A stretch of 64,000 nucleotides of DNA from Bacteroidales bacterium (lineage in GTDB: Bacteria; Bacteroidota; Bacteroidia; Bacteroidales; UBA932), in the NCBI GenBank assembly GCA_024398125.1, contig JAKSJO010000003.1, positions 43,708 to 107,707 of the forward strand. The letters run 5' to 3'. Of the stretch, positions 38,578-47,787 are shown one piece after another. The number at the start of each line of letters is the position of its first letter. Positions within the stretch are counted from its first letter, which is position 1. The notes beneath the pieces were generated by a model. That model ran no database searches. It was not told the DNA's origin and worked only from the letters and a program-made list of their open reading frames with translations. A program made the translations under genes and the position numbers.

Positions 38578-39696
38578 ATGAAGTTCAAAGTATCCAGCGC
38601 AGAGTTGCTCAAGGGCATTCTCGATGTATCCAAGGCTATTCCGGCAAAGCCAGCCCTCCCTATACTGTCATCATTCCTTTTCGAGCTGCAGGGCAGCGTG
38701 CTCCGCATCACCGCATCTGATTCCGAGCTCACCCTCATCACCGAGGTCGAGGTCGACAACTGCGAGGAAGAGGGACGCATTGCAGTATCGTCTATGCACC
38801 TTACCGACCTTCTCAAGACCCTCCCTGACCAGCCAGTAGGCATCAGAACAATCAACGAGAATTCAATCGAGTGCAGCTGGACCAGCGGAAACTCAGAGCT
38901 TCCATACTTCCCTGCCGCCGACTATCCCGAGATCAAGAACGTAGGCGAAGACGCCCAGAGCGTCACCTTCCCTGCTCCTGATCTTCTCGAGGGCATCAAC
39001 AGCACCGTCTATGCGACCGGCGATGACGAGATGCGTCCAGTCATGAACGGTATCTACTTCGACATGAGCGAAGCATCGACCACACTCGTGGCATCGGATT
39101 CCCACAAGCTCATCTGCTACACAACCACTGCTGCCAAGACAGAGATGCCTCTTTCGTTTATCCTCCACAAAAAGGCGGCTGCCGTTCTCAAGGGCGCAAT
39201 CGCGAAGGAGGCCGGTGATGTAAGCATTCTCTTCGACGCAAGCACCGTACAGTTCAAGTTCGCCAAGACCACACTCGTCTGCAGGCTTATCGTAGGCAAG
39301 TATCCAAGATACCGCGACGTCATCCCGCAGAACAACTCCAACATCCTGAGGATCGACCGCATGCAGTTCCTCAATACCATCCGCCGTATCTCCGTATGTG
39401 CGAACAAGGCATCGAACAGCATCAAGTTCAAGTTCGACAGCAATGTCATGGAGGTGACATCCCAGGATCTCGGATTCAACATCGCAGCTTATGAGAAGGT
39501 TTCCTGCGACTACAGCGGAGATGTTCTCTCGATCGGATTCAAGTCAAACTTCCTTGCCGACATCCTCAACAACATGTCATGCGAGACTATCGTTATGAAG
39601 TTCCTCGATGCACGCAGGGCTGCCATCATCATGCCTTCAGAGGAAGAGGAGGAGAGCGAGAAGATCTGTGGTATCCTTATCCCAGTACTCGTTTAG
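38578..39696 (+). CDS. dnaN: DNA polymerase III beta clamp
   Basis: LRITASDSE, DEMRPVMNG, VASDSHKL, GKYPRY..VIP, IGFKSNFL; start MKFKVSS. Confidence 0.96.
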   Translation: MKFKVSSAELLKGILDVSKAIPAKPALPILSSFLFELQGSVLRITASDSELTLITEVEVDNCEEEGRIAVSSMHLTDLLKTLPDQPVGIRTINENSIECSWTSGNSELPYFPAADYPEIKNVGEDAQSVTFPAPDLLEGINSTVYATGDDEMRPVMNGIYFDMSEASTTLVASDSHKLICYTTTAAKTEMPLSFILHKKAAAVLKGAIAKEAGDVSILFDASTVQFKFAKTTLVCRLIVGKYPRYRDVIPQNNSNILRIDRMQFLNTIRRISVCANKASNSIKFKFDSNVMEVTSQDLGFNIAAYEKVSCDYSGDVLSIGFKSNFLADILNNMSCETIVMKFLDARRAAIIMPSEEEEESEKICGILIPVLV

Positions 39697-39699
39697 CGC

Positions 39700-40620
39700 A
39701 TGGATCTCAATCTTAAAAAACCGCTGATATTCTTCGATATCGAGAGTACCGGCCTGCTCATCCCTACTGACAGCATAATCGAACTCAGCTTCGTAAAGAT
39801 TCTGCCAGGCAACGAGGAACGTATCAAGACGTGGAAAATCCGTCCATGGGACTACGAAAGAAACTGCCAGCGTCCAATCAATCCAAGCGCGTCCGCTGTC
39901 AACGGCGTAAAGGATGAAGATCTTGTCGACTGTCCGAAGTTCTACGAAGTCGTTGACGAGATTGTCGATTGGCTCAAGGGATGCGACCTTGCGGGATTCA
40001 ACTCGGCGAAATTCGACCTTCCTATGCTCGCCGAGGAAATCGAGCGTGTGCGCCACTACATGCACAGGAACCTCGACATCAATCTCCACGAAATGAAGAT
40101 GGTGGACGTCCAGAATATCTACCATGCAATGGAGCCTCGCAACCTCAAGGCTGCATATCGTTTCTACTGCGGAGGAAAGGACTTTGAGGATGCTCATACA
40201 GCAGAGGCGGACACAATTGCCACTTACGAGGTACTCAAGGGCCAGCTCGATATGTATGGTGAGACATTGAAGAACGACGTTGACTTCCTTGCAAGCTTCG
40301 CAACCCGCAACCACTTTGTAGATTATGCAGGAAGGCTGTCCCGCAACGACCAGGGCGAAGCCGTCATCACTTTTGGCAAACACAAGGGCAAGACTGCCCG
40401 AGAGATATACAACACCGAACCTTCCTATTTTGCCTGGATCATGAACGGCGAGTTCACGATGGATACCAAGCAGCAGTTCGCACTCCTCAAACAGCAGTTT
40501 GACGAAGAGCGCAGAGCCCAGAAAGTACATAAGGAGAGGCCTCTGAGCGAAGAAGAGACCGCCGATGCCGCAAAGAGGCTCAAGGAGAAGTTCGGAGGAT
40601 TCAGTGGAAGCCTCTTCTAG
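39700..40620 (+). CDS. DEDDh 3'-5' exonuclease (DnaQ/epsilon-like) with C-terminal extension
   Basis: FFDIESTG, GFNSAKFD, AHTAEADT, ITFGKHKG module. Confidence 0.9.
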   Translation: MDLNLKKPLIFFDIESTGLLIPTDSIIELSFVKILPGNEERIKTWKIRPWDYERNCQRPINPSASAVNGVKDEDLVDCPKFYEVVDEIVDWLKGCDLAGFNSAKFDLPMLAEEIERVRHYMHRNLDINLHEMKMVDVQNIYHAMEPRNLKAAYRFYCGGKDFEDAHTAEADTIATYEVLKGQLDMYGETLKNDVDFLASFATRNHFVDYAGRLSRNDQGEAVITFGKHKGKTAREIYNTEPSYFAWIMNGEFTMDTKQQFALLKQQFDEERRAQKVHKERPLSEEETADAAKRLKEKFGGFSGSLF

Positions 40621-40621
40621 A

Positions 40622-42004
40622 ATGAAGATCTGCGTAGGACTATCCGGAGGCGTGGACTCCAGCGTTGCAGCCCTGTTGCTCAAGCAGCAGGGTTATGACG
40701 TATTTGCCATGTTCATGCAGAACTGGCATGACACGGAAGGCACGCTGCATGGAGACTGCGAATGGGAGGAAGATCGTTTCGTCGCCGAGATGGTTGCAAG
40801 GAAGATAGGAATACCTTTCTACTTCGTAGACCTGAGCAAGGTCTATCGCCAGCGCGTGGTCGATTACATGTTCGACGAATACTCAAAGGGGCGTACTCCG
40901 AATCCCGACGTACTCTGCAACAGAGAGATCAAGTTCGATGCCTTCCTCGAGGCCGCAAAGAAGCTTGGAGCCGACATGGTCGCAACCGGTCACTATTGCC
41001 GCAAGGAGACCATCCAGAATCCCGATGGAAAGGAAATCCACAGGATTCTTGCCGGAGTCGATCCAGGAAAGGATCAGAGCTATTTCCTCTGCCAGCTCAA
41101 CCAGGAGCAGCTGTCGCAGGCGATCTTCCCTATCGGACATCTGCTCAAGAAGGAGGTTCGTGAGATTGCCCGCGAAGCCGACCTGCCTTCCGCAGACAAG
41201 AAGGACTCCCAGGGCATCTGTTTCGTGGGAAAGGTTGACCTTCCAGTATTTCTCCAGCAGAAGCTAAAGTCCGTAGAAGGCAATGTAGTAGAGGTGTTCG
41301 ACCCATTCTATCAGGGCAACCGGCAATACGAATTCACACGCTCGGCCATCAAATCCTTGCTCAAGGACAGTGACTCGGAGCCTGAGCTTATCACAAGCTA
41401 CATCTCCGAGGACAAGGCAACTGCTCCTTCTGCAAGAATCAATGTTTATTCATACGAAAGGATAGCCGAGACCCAGGACGAAGTCTTTACAAAGCTCAGC
41501 CAGCCGATAGACTATTCACATATCAAGTTCGAGACAGAAACATACAAAAGCGGCCGCAAGCACATCAGAAAGACCCGCTACAAGGACAATCCATACGGGA
41601 AGATCCTAGGACAGCACGAAGGTGCACAGTTCTATACTATCGGTCAGAGGAAAGGTCTCAACATCGGCGGACACGCCGACCCTCTGTTCGTAATCTCGAC
41701 CGACATCGAGCGCAACATCGTCTATGTCGGAGAGGGGCATACTCACAAGGGGCTGTCACGCCTGTGCACTATGATAGCGCACGACGAAATCCACTGGATA
41801 CGTCCAGACCTTAAAATGGAAATCGGAGAAATAAGACGCTACAAGCTTCGCATACGCTATCGTCAGCCTCTGCAGGACGCACTGCTGATAATGCGCGAAA
41901 GCGGTCTGTATATTCTTTTCGAAGCGCCGCAGCGAGGAATCACTTCCGGCCAGTTCGCAGCCTGGTACGACAACGACGAGATGATAGGCTCCGGGGTCAT
42001 CTGA
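40622..42004 (+). CDS. mnmA: tRNA 2-thiouridine(34) synthase with long insertion
   Basis: SGGVDSSV, TPNPDVLCN, ATGHY, KDQSYFL, KDSQGICFVG, TIGQRKGL, GQFAAWY. Confidence 0.96.
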   Translation: MKICVGLSGGVDSSVAALLLKQQGYDVFAMFMQNWHDTEGTLHGDCEWEEDRFVAEMVARKIGIPFYFVDLSKVYRQRVVDYMFDEYSKGRTPNPDVLCNREIKFDAFLEAAKKLGADMVATGHYCRKETIQNPDGKEIHRILAGVDPGKDQSYFLCQLNQEQLSQAIFPIGHLLKKEVREIAREADLPSADKKDSQGICFVGKVDLPVFLQQKLKSVEGNVVEVFDPFYQGNRQYEFTRSAIKSLLKDSDSEPELITSYISEDKATAPSARINVYSYERIAETQDEVFTKLSQPIDYSHIKFETETYKSGRKHIRKTRYKDNPYGKILGQHEGAQFYTIGQRKGLNIGGHADPLFVISTDIERNIVYVGEGHTHKGLSRLCTMIAHDEIHWIRPDLKMEIGEIRRYKLRIRYRQPLQDALLIMRESGLYILFEAPQRGITSGQFAAWYDNDEMIGSGVI

Positions 42005-42035
42005 TGAATCAAGGGATCAAACTCCAGGATTCATC
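42003..42035. terminator. Hairpin between convergent mnmA and cdd
   Basis: GATGAATC / GATTCATC 8-bp arms plus inner GGA/TCC; no T tract. Confidence 0.45.
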
Positions 42036-42508
42036 TAGATATTGTCGAAGATGAATGGAAGGAGATCGTCGACTCTTGCGAACTTATAGGATCTCTCCCC
42101 TCCCACAAGAATAACCGACATTGGCTTTCCAGCCTTTGTCTGGTACTGAGCCATTACCTGACGGCATGCTCCACATGGAGACGCCGGGCTGGCACAGAGA
42201 ATGCCGTTCTGGGATGCCGCGACAGCAATGCTCCGCTGTGCAAGGTCAGGATAGTTTGCTCCAGCCGAAAACATAGCAGTCCTTTCTGCGCAGATACCTG
42301 ATGGATATGCCGCATTTTCCTGGTTCGCACCCTTGACGATGGTCCCGTTCTCAAGACGTAAAGCCGCCCCAACATTGAAACCCGAGTATGGAGCGTATGA
42401 GCCCTCCATAGCCGATATGGCCGCCATTGCAAGTTCTCTGTCCTCAACGGACAATTCATCCAATGTATTGTAAACCTCGTATGTGAATCTGTATTCTCTT
42501 GGTTCCAT
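42035..42508 (-). CDS. cdd: Cytidine deaminase
   Basis: YAPYSGFNVGAA, NQENAAYPSGICAERTA, SPCGACRQ, LLPFIF. Confidence 0.95.
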   Translation of the reverse strand: MEPREYRFTYEVYNTLDELSVEDRELAMAAISAMEGSYAPYSGFNVGAALRLENGTIVKGANQENAAYPSGICAERTAMFSAGANYPDLAQRSIAVAASQNGILCASPASPCGACRQVMAQYQTKAGKPMSVILVGGERSYKFARVDDLLPFIFDNI

Positions 42509-42630
42509 GTCTGAATAATTGTTAATAAAGTCTCGTCATTTATTGCTAATTTTGAGACTTCGGACTTGCATTGTCGTAAATATAGTTTTTTTTGCAGCAA
42601 TTATCACATCACCATACAGGTTTTCGTCCA

Positions 42631-43683
42631 ATGAGAAGGTTCCTGATACCCATTCTACTTGTTCTTTGCTCCTGCACGGCAAGAAATAACCAGGACAGCA
42701 GCGTCCCTGATGGCAACGCTTATGCCGAGCTGTTCGGAATATCCAGGGCTGTGGATGGCCGCGACATGATCATATCGATCTCCCCGGCAGACGGAGCTAG
42801 AGACACGCTCATCATTGACAAGCCGATATCGAAGGCTGTATGCATGTCTTCCACACATGTAGCCGCATTTGATGCTATTGGTGCAGATTCACTTATCTGT
42901 GGCGTGTCCGGCTTGCGCTACATATCGACTCAGGGCGTGCTGAGCCTTGGAGACAAGGTCGCCGAGGTAGGATACGATGAAATGCCCGACTATGAGAAAA
43001 TCATTTCGTTGAATCCTGACGTCGTGCTCGCCTATCAGACAGGCAGCACAGTTCCCGCATACGTAACAAAGCTCCGCAGCCTTGGAGTCCGGGTCTTCAT
43101 GGTATACGACAACTTCGAGAATCACCCTCTTGCAAGAGCAGAATACATCCGCCTTCATGCATGCCTAGCCGGACAGATGACCAAGGCCGACTCCATATTC
43201 AACGGCATATGCGACAGATACAATGCCATTTCAGAAAGGCTGAAAGACGTACAGATCCGAAAGGTACTGATGAACACCCCATATGCCGACCAATGGTTCA
43301 TTCCCGGACAGAGCAGCTATATGGCAAGGTTCATCCAGGACGCAGGCGGCGAGATTCTCGGCAGCAAGGAAGGTCGCGAATCGTCAGTCATCAGCGTGGA
43401 ACAGGCACTCAACCTTGCTGCCCAGGCCGATCTCTGGCTGCATCCCGGAATACTCAAAAGCAAAGACGCCCTGCTCAAGGAGCATCCTCTTTTCAGTTCC
43501 TTCTCCGTCATCGACAAGCCGCACTCATTGTGGAACAACACGCTTCGCAGCAACAACTCCGGAGGCAATGACTTCTGGGAAGGAGGCGCAGTCAACCCTG
43601 ACCTGATCCTCAAGGATCTGACCATGATACTGCACCCAGAACTCTTCGAGGGCAAACTAACGTATTATCTGGAACTTGAATGA
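42631..43683 (+). CDS. BtuF/Fe-siderophore-type ABC substrate-binding lipoprotein
   Basis: Lipobox VLCSC, MSSTH, YEKIISLNPD, ENHPLARAEY, DFWEGGAVNPDLILKD; start MRRFLIP. Confidence 0.85.
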   Translation: MRRFLIPILLVLCSCTARNNQDSSVPDGNAYAELFGISRAVDGRDMIISISPADGARDTLIIDKPISKAVCMSSTHVAAFDAIGADSLICGVSGLRYISTQGVLSLGDKVAEVGYDEMPDYEKIISLNPDVVLAYQTGSTVPAYVTKLRSLGVRVFMVYDNFENHPLARAEYIRLHACLAGQMTKADSIFNGICDRYNAISERLKDVQIRKVLMNTPYADQWFIPGQSSYMARFIQDAGGEILGSKEGRESSVISVEQALNLAAQADLWLHPGILKSKDALLKEHPLFSSFSVIDKPHSLWNNTLRSNNSGGNDFWEGGAVNPDLILKDLTMILHPELFEGKLTYYLELE

Positions 43684-44211
43684 TGGAATGCCGGCACAGT
43701 CGCCGGTCATGACCTGGGTCCCATCAACTTCGAGAGGCTTTCGCGGCTGAAGCTCGATTGCAAGAAGATCTCCGCTGCGGATATAGATGTATCGGGTAGC
43801 CTCCTCGATTGCAGTTGCGATCATCGCAGGATCGAAGCCCTCGTGATGGAATACAGCGTTCTCCCCCGCCTTCAGGTCAAGGGAAATCTGTCCAAGCGAA
43901 GCCTTGTCCGCAGCAGGCATCTGCAGGAATGAAGTATGATCCAGACATGAAGCAGCCGCATAGGCGGTCTCCGACCCGTCAATGAGGTTTTCCGGATAGA
44001 GAAGCACTCCATAACCGACCTGATCATAGTATCTTTCCGCGAACCTGGCGCCCACACTGCGGCCGGGCTTGCTGATCCTGATGAACAGGACCGGGCTCCA
44101 GCTGAGGTCGGTAACAAACTCAGGTGGGTAGAAATCCTCACTGTCTCTCTCCCAGGTTGTATCCGGACGTACTATGTAGCGATTGTCTGCTGTCTTTACA
44201 ACTATGTTCAT
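43657..44211 (-). CDS. Degenerate fumarylacetoacetate-hydrolase-fold protein
   Basis: RPDT, FYPPEF, RISKPGRSV..RFAERYYD, YIRSGDLL resemble Bacteroides FAH-family proteins; TAAATTTG at 44232-44239 supports the start at 44211. Confidence 0.65.
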   Translation of the reverse strand: MNIVVKTADNRYIVRPDTTWERDSEDFYPPEFVTDLSWSPVLFIRISKPGRSVGARFAERYYDQVGYGVLLYPENLIDGSETAYAAASCLDHTSFLQMPAADKASLGQISLDLKAGENAVFHHEGFDPAMIATAIEEATRYIYIRSGDLLAIELQPRKPLEVDGTQVMTGDCAGIPSFKFQIIR

Positions 44212-44274
44212 GTCAGGTCTGTTTGAGGGTACAAATTTAGAAGCTGTTTTGAAATAATCCAACTTCAAGTCAAA

Positions 44275-45612
44275 TCAGACGAAACTGCGGCCCATCCAGC
44301 GAAGGCTGCGCCAGCGACGTGTGAGAATGACGCCTCTGGTGTTCTCATCGAGAGCCCATGCGAACCAGATGCCCAGGAGACCGAAGCCGAACACCAGGCC
44401 GAACAGGCATGCAACGCCTACAGCGATCAACCACTGGAACGTGATTCCGATGACGACAGGATAGATGACGTCACCAGTCGCCCTGAGTGCACCGCAGGCA
44501 TAGATGTTTCGGGTACGGCCGATCTCAAGGAACACATTGATGCAGAACACGTAGACACCCAGATGAAGAATCTCTGGATTTGATGTGAAGAAAGCAAGCA
44601 CAAACCTGCTGCAAAGCGCCATGAAAGCTGCGACAGATACACAGACCTTCAGTTCAACCTTGAGCATGTGGTTGCCGAAGATATATGCGGCACGTTCCTT
44701 CGCCTGCCCGATGAGATTGCCGATTATGATGGCGCCTCCCTGGGTGAAACTTGCCGAGAACAGGCAGCAGTACTGAAGAATGTTCCAGCAGTATGCGCGG
44801 GTTGCAAGCTGGACGTCACCAAGCCGGTTGATCATATACATGCCTACCAACTGGCTGGAACAGTAGCTGAGCTCCTCGCTCATAGCCGGGATGCCCACCT
44901 TGACAAGCTTCTTGAGTTCGTCTACAGGGAACGGGCGGAACCACTTGAGCGGGAACTTCTTTATATGGAATCTTGTGTGGAAGAACAGCAGGAGGCACAT
45001 TGCGATGCCGCGGCTGAGTGCTGTCGAGATGGCGGCACCTTTCACACCCATGGCCGGCATACCGAACTTTCCGAATATGAGGACGTAGTTTCCGATGATG
45101 TTGAGAACGTTGCTTACAATGGTGACTATCATCGGGTAGTTGGTCTTTCCTGCGCTTCGGAGAGAAGCCGACAGGGCCAGAGATATCGCCTGGGCGAAAG
45201 AGAAAAGGCCCGTGATCCTGAGGTATGTCAAACCCTCGCTCATGAGGGTTTCGCGAAGTCCCATAAGATGCAGGATACCCTCAGCATTGAAGAAGATCAA
45301 AGTGCTGACAGCGATGCCCACGACGAGGTTCATCATCAGAGACAGGCCAACGACCTGAACCAGGCGCTTGTTCTCGCCAGCTCCCAGATACTGCGAACAC
45401 AGTATGGCAGAGCCCATCGAGAAAAACTGATATACGAGGAAGATCAGCGACATCAGCTGGTTGTCGACACCGACAGCCGCCACCGCAGCATCGCTGTAAC
45501 GGCCAAGCATGAAAGTGTCGACCGTGCCCAGCATCATCACGAGCGCGATATCCACAAAAAGAGGAAGAGACAGCTGACGCCATCTCTTCTTCAAAGAGCC
45601 ATCTGTCAACAT
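44275..45612 (-). CDS. MATE family efflux transporter
   Basis: DTFMLGRY, QYLGA, MGVKGAAIST, GALRATGD; own -7 box TATCTTTG at 45640-45647. Confidence 0.9.
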   Translation of the reverse strand: MLTDGSLKKRWRQLSLPLFVDIALVMMLGTVDTFMLGRYSDAAVAAVGVDNQLMSLIFLVYQFFSMGSAILCSQYLGAGENKRLVQVVGLSLMMNLVVGIAVSTLIFFNAEGILHLMGLRETLMSEGLTYLRITGLFSFAQAISLALSASLRSAGKTNYPMIVTIVSNVLNIIGNYVLIFGKFGMPAMGVKGAAISTALSRGIAMCLLLFFHTRFHIKKFPLKWFRPFPVDELKKLVKVGIPAMSEELSYCSSQLVGMYMINRLGDVQLATRAYCWNILQYCCLFSASFTQGGAIIIGNLIGQAKERAAYIFGNHMLKVELKVCVSVAAFMALCSRFVLAFFTSNPEILHLGVYVFCINVFLEIGRTRNIYACGALRATGDVIYPVVIGITFQWLIAVGVACLFGLVFGFGLLGIWFAWALDENTRGVILTRRWRSLRWMGRSFV

Positions 45613-45664
45613 AACACTTATCTAACCCTTAAGCGGGCGCAAAGATAAGTGAAATGTCTGGATT

Positions 45665-46063
45665 TTATTCAATTGGGAGTTCTGTATTTTTGCGGTAGGC
45701 CTGCCCCGTGAAAATGGCGATGAGCTCACCATCCTGATTCCTCACCTTAACATCGACGAACGGGAGCTTATGATGGTTTTCCTCGACACCTTCGGCAGTC
45801 AGTACATCACCGACCTTTGCGGAGCGCATGATATAGATGTTGCTGTTTATCGAGAAAGACAGCTGTCCATGGCTGTTGGTGCAGACCGCATTGGCAAGAT
45901 CGGCCAGGGTGAAGATTGCTCCACCCTGACAGACTCCGCCTGCATTGAGATGCCTTTCCTCGACCGTCATGCGCACGATGGCATGTCCCTCGGAGGCCTC
46001 GACTATCTCGCATCCGGCATCGGCCGCAAAGCGGTCCCTGCCGAAAAATTCCTTCAAAGTCAT
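45665..46063 (-). CDS. PaaI-like hotdog thioesterase
   Basis: DRFA, HLNAGGVCQGGAIFTLAD. Confidence 0.88.
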   Translation of the reverse strand: MTLKEFFGRDRFAADAGCEIVEASEGHAIVRMTVEERHLNAGGVCQGGAIFTLADLANAVCTNSHGQLSFSINSNIYIMRSAKVGDVLTAEGVEENHHKLPFVDVKVRNQDGELIAIFTGQAYRKNTELPIE

Positions 46064-46066
46064 CTG

Positions 46067-46462
46067 CTATGCAATTCCCGCTGCGATCAGCGCAGCCTGG
46101 CAAGCCTCGATATCCTTGGTGCGGATGATGGCCTGGTTTGCATCTCCGTGGATGTACGAATACATATAATCCACTGAGATACTCTTTCCGGCAAGAACAT
46201 CAAGTATCTTGGTAAGAGAGCCAGGAGTGTTTGGACATGATGCTGAAAGCACTGTGGTAAGCACGACTGCGAGGCCTGCCTTCTTGAGGGCGATCACAGC
46301 ACCTTCAGTATCTGACACGATGAGTCTGAAGACACCGAAGTCATTGCTCTCGGCAATATTGTAAGCCTGGATGTCGATATTGGCCTCCGCAAGGATCTTG
46401 GCGACCTCTGCGGTACGACCTGCGCGGTTCTCGAGGAACACTGATATCTGCTGAATGATCAT
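46067..46462 (-). CDS. Tandem ACT-domain protein
   Basis: QISVFLENRAG, IAESNDFGVFRLIV, PNTPGSL, VDYMYS. Confidence 0.9.
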   Translation of the reverse strand: MIIQQISVFLENRAGRTAEVAKILAEANIDIQAYNIAESNDFGVFRLIVSDTEGAVIALKKAGLAVVLTTVLSASCPNTPGSLTKILDVLAGKSISVDYMYSYIHGDANQAIIRTKDIEACQAALIAAGIA

Positions 46463-46473
46463 GATATGATATA

Positions 46474-47772
46474 TTACTTGAACTTTCTGTTATCGGTCAC
46501 ATGCTTTGCCTTGCCCATTGAGCGGGTGATGCTGCCAGGCTCCACGATATGGATCTTCGGCTTGATTCCGATCACGCTGACAATGCGACCTACGAGCTTG
46601 TCTGCGAGCTTGTTCATGGCAGCGATGTCATCGCTGTAGTACTCTTCGCGGAGCTCTACGTCAATGTCGAAGGTATCGACATTGTTGACACGGTCAACGG
46701 TGATGTAGTACTGACCCTGGAACTCAGGAATCTCGAGCAGGATGCTCTCCACCTGTGAAGGGAAAACATTCACACCACGGATGATGAGCATATCGTCTGT
46801 ACGGCCGAGGATACGGCCCATGCGGCAGAGTGTACGGCCGCACTCACACTTCTCATGGATGAGATGGGTGAGGTCGCGGGTACGGTAGCGGAGCATAGGC
46901 ATACCCCACTTGTCAAGTGTGGTAAATACAAGTTCGCCCTCGACGCCGTCTGGAAGCTGCTCGCCGGTCTCAGGATTGATGATCTCCGGATAGAACATAT
47001 CCTCCCAGAGGTGGGTGCCGTTCTGGCACTCGCACTCACCACCTACGCCAGGACCGCTGATTTCGGTAAGACCATAGAGATCATATGCCTTGATGCCGAG
47101 CTTTGCCTCAAGTTCCTTGCGCATGCCTTCTGTCCAAGGCTCAGCACCGAAGAATCCGCTCTTGAGCTTGACTGCATCCTTCTTGCCCTCCTTCTCGATC
47201 TCCTCAGCAAGGAAGAGCGCGTATGAAGGAGTACAGCAGAGTCCCGTGCTCTGGAGGTCCTCCATGAGCATTATCTGCTTGGCTGTGTTTCCTGCGCTGG
47301 TAGGGAGCACGGCTGCACCGAGCTTTGTGGCACCGTCATGTGCACCGAGACCTCCGGTGAACAGGCCGTAACCGTAGCTGACCTGGATGGTATCTTCCTT
47401 TGACATTCCGCCGGCTGCGAGGCAGCGTGCAACACCCTCGGCCCAGTTTTCAACATCATGTGCAGTATATCCTGCAACGATAGGCTTGCCGGTGGTACCG
47501 CTGGATGCATGGAAGCGGACAATCTCGCTGCGTGGAACAGCGAAGAGCTTGTCAGGATAGAAGTCGCGAAGATCCTTCTTGGTGGTGAAAGGGAGCTTGA
47601 CGATATCGTCGATGCTCTTGATATCCTCCGGCTTCACTCCAAGGGCGTCCATACGCTCCTTGTACATAGGCACGTTGTCGTATGCGTGCTTTACAATCTT
47701 GACAAGTCGTTCACTCTGCAGTTTGCGGAGGTCCTCACGGCTCATGCATTCTTTTTCGGGATTGAAGATCAT
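46474..47772 (-). CDS. paaK: Phenylacetate--CoA ligase family
   Basis: HASSGTTGKP, YGYGLFTGGLG, GAEPW, YGLTEISGPG, RYRTRD, GRTDDMLIIRGVNVFP. Confidence 0.93.
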   Translation of the reverse strand: MIFNPEKECMSREDLRKLQSERLVKIVKHAYDNVPMYKERMDALGVKPEDIKSIDDIVKLPFTTKKDLRDFYPDKLFAVPRSEIVRFHASSGTTGKPIVAGYTAHDVENWAEGVARCLAAGGMSKEDTIQVSYGYGLFTGGLGAHDGATKLGAAVLPTSAGNTAKQIMLMEDLQSTGLCCTPSYALFLAEEIEKEGKKDAVKLKSGFFGAEPWTEGMRKELEAKLGIKAYDLYGLTEISGPGVGGECECQNGTHLWEDMFYPEIINPETGEQLPDGVEGELVFTTLDKWGMPMLRYRTRDLTHLIHEKCECGRTLCRMGRILGRTDDMLIIRGVNVFPSQVESILLEIPEFQGQYYITVDRVNNVDTFDIDVELREEYYSDDIAAMNKLADKLVGRIVSVIGIKPKIHIVEPGSITRSMGKAKHVTDNRKFK

Positions 47773-47787
47773 TTGTTTTTCGTTTTA

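Noticed and set aside
41297-41596. MnmA insertion as an intein or intron
   Set aside because: No N-terminal Cys/Ser, no C-terminal His-Asn plus nucleophile, no LAGLIDADG motif; the reading frame is continuous.
42509-42630. Cobalamin riboswitch or Fur box upstream of the BtuF-like gene
   Set aside because: The region is too short and AT-rich, with no B12-box and no convincing Fur palindrome.
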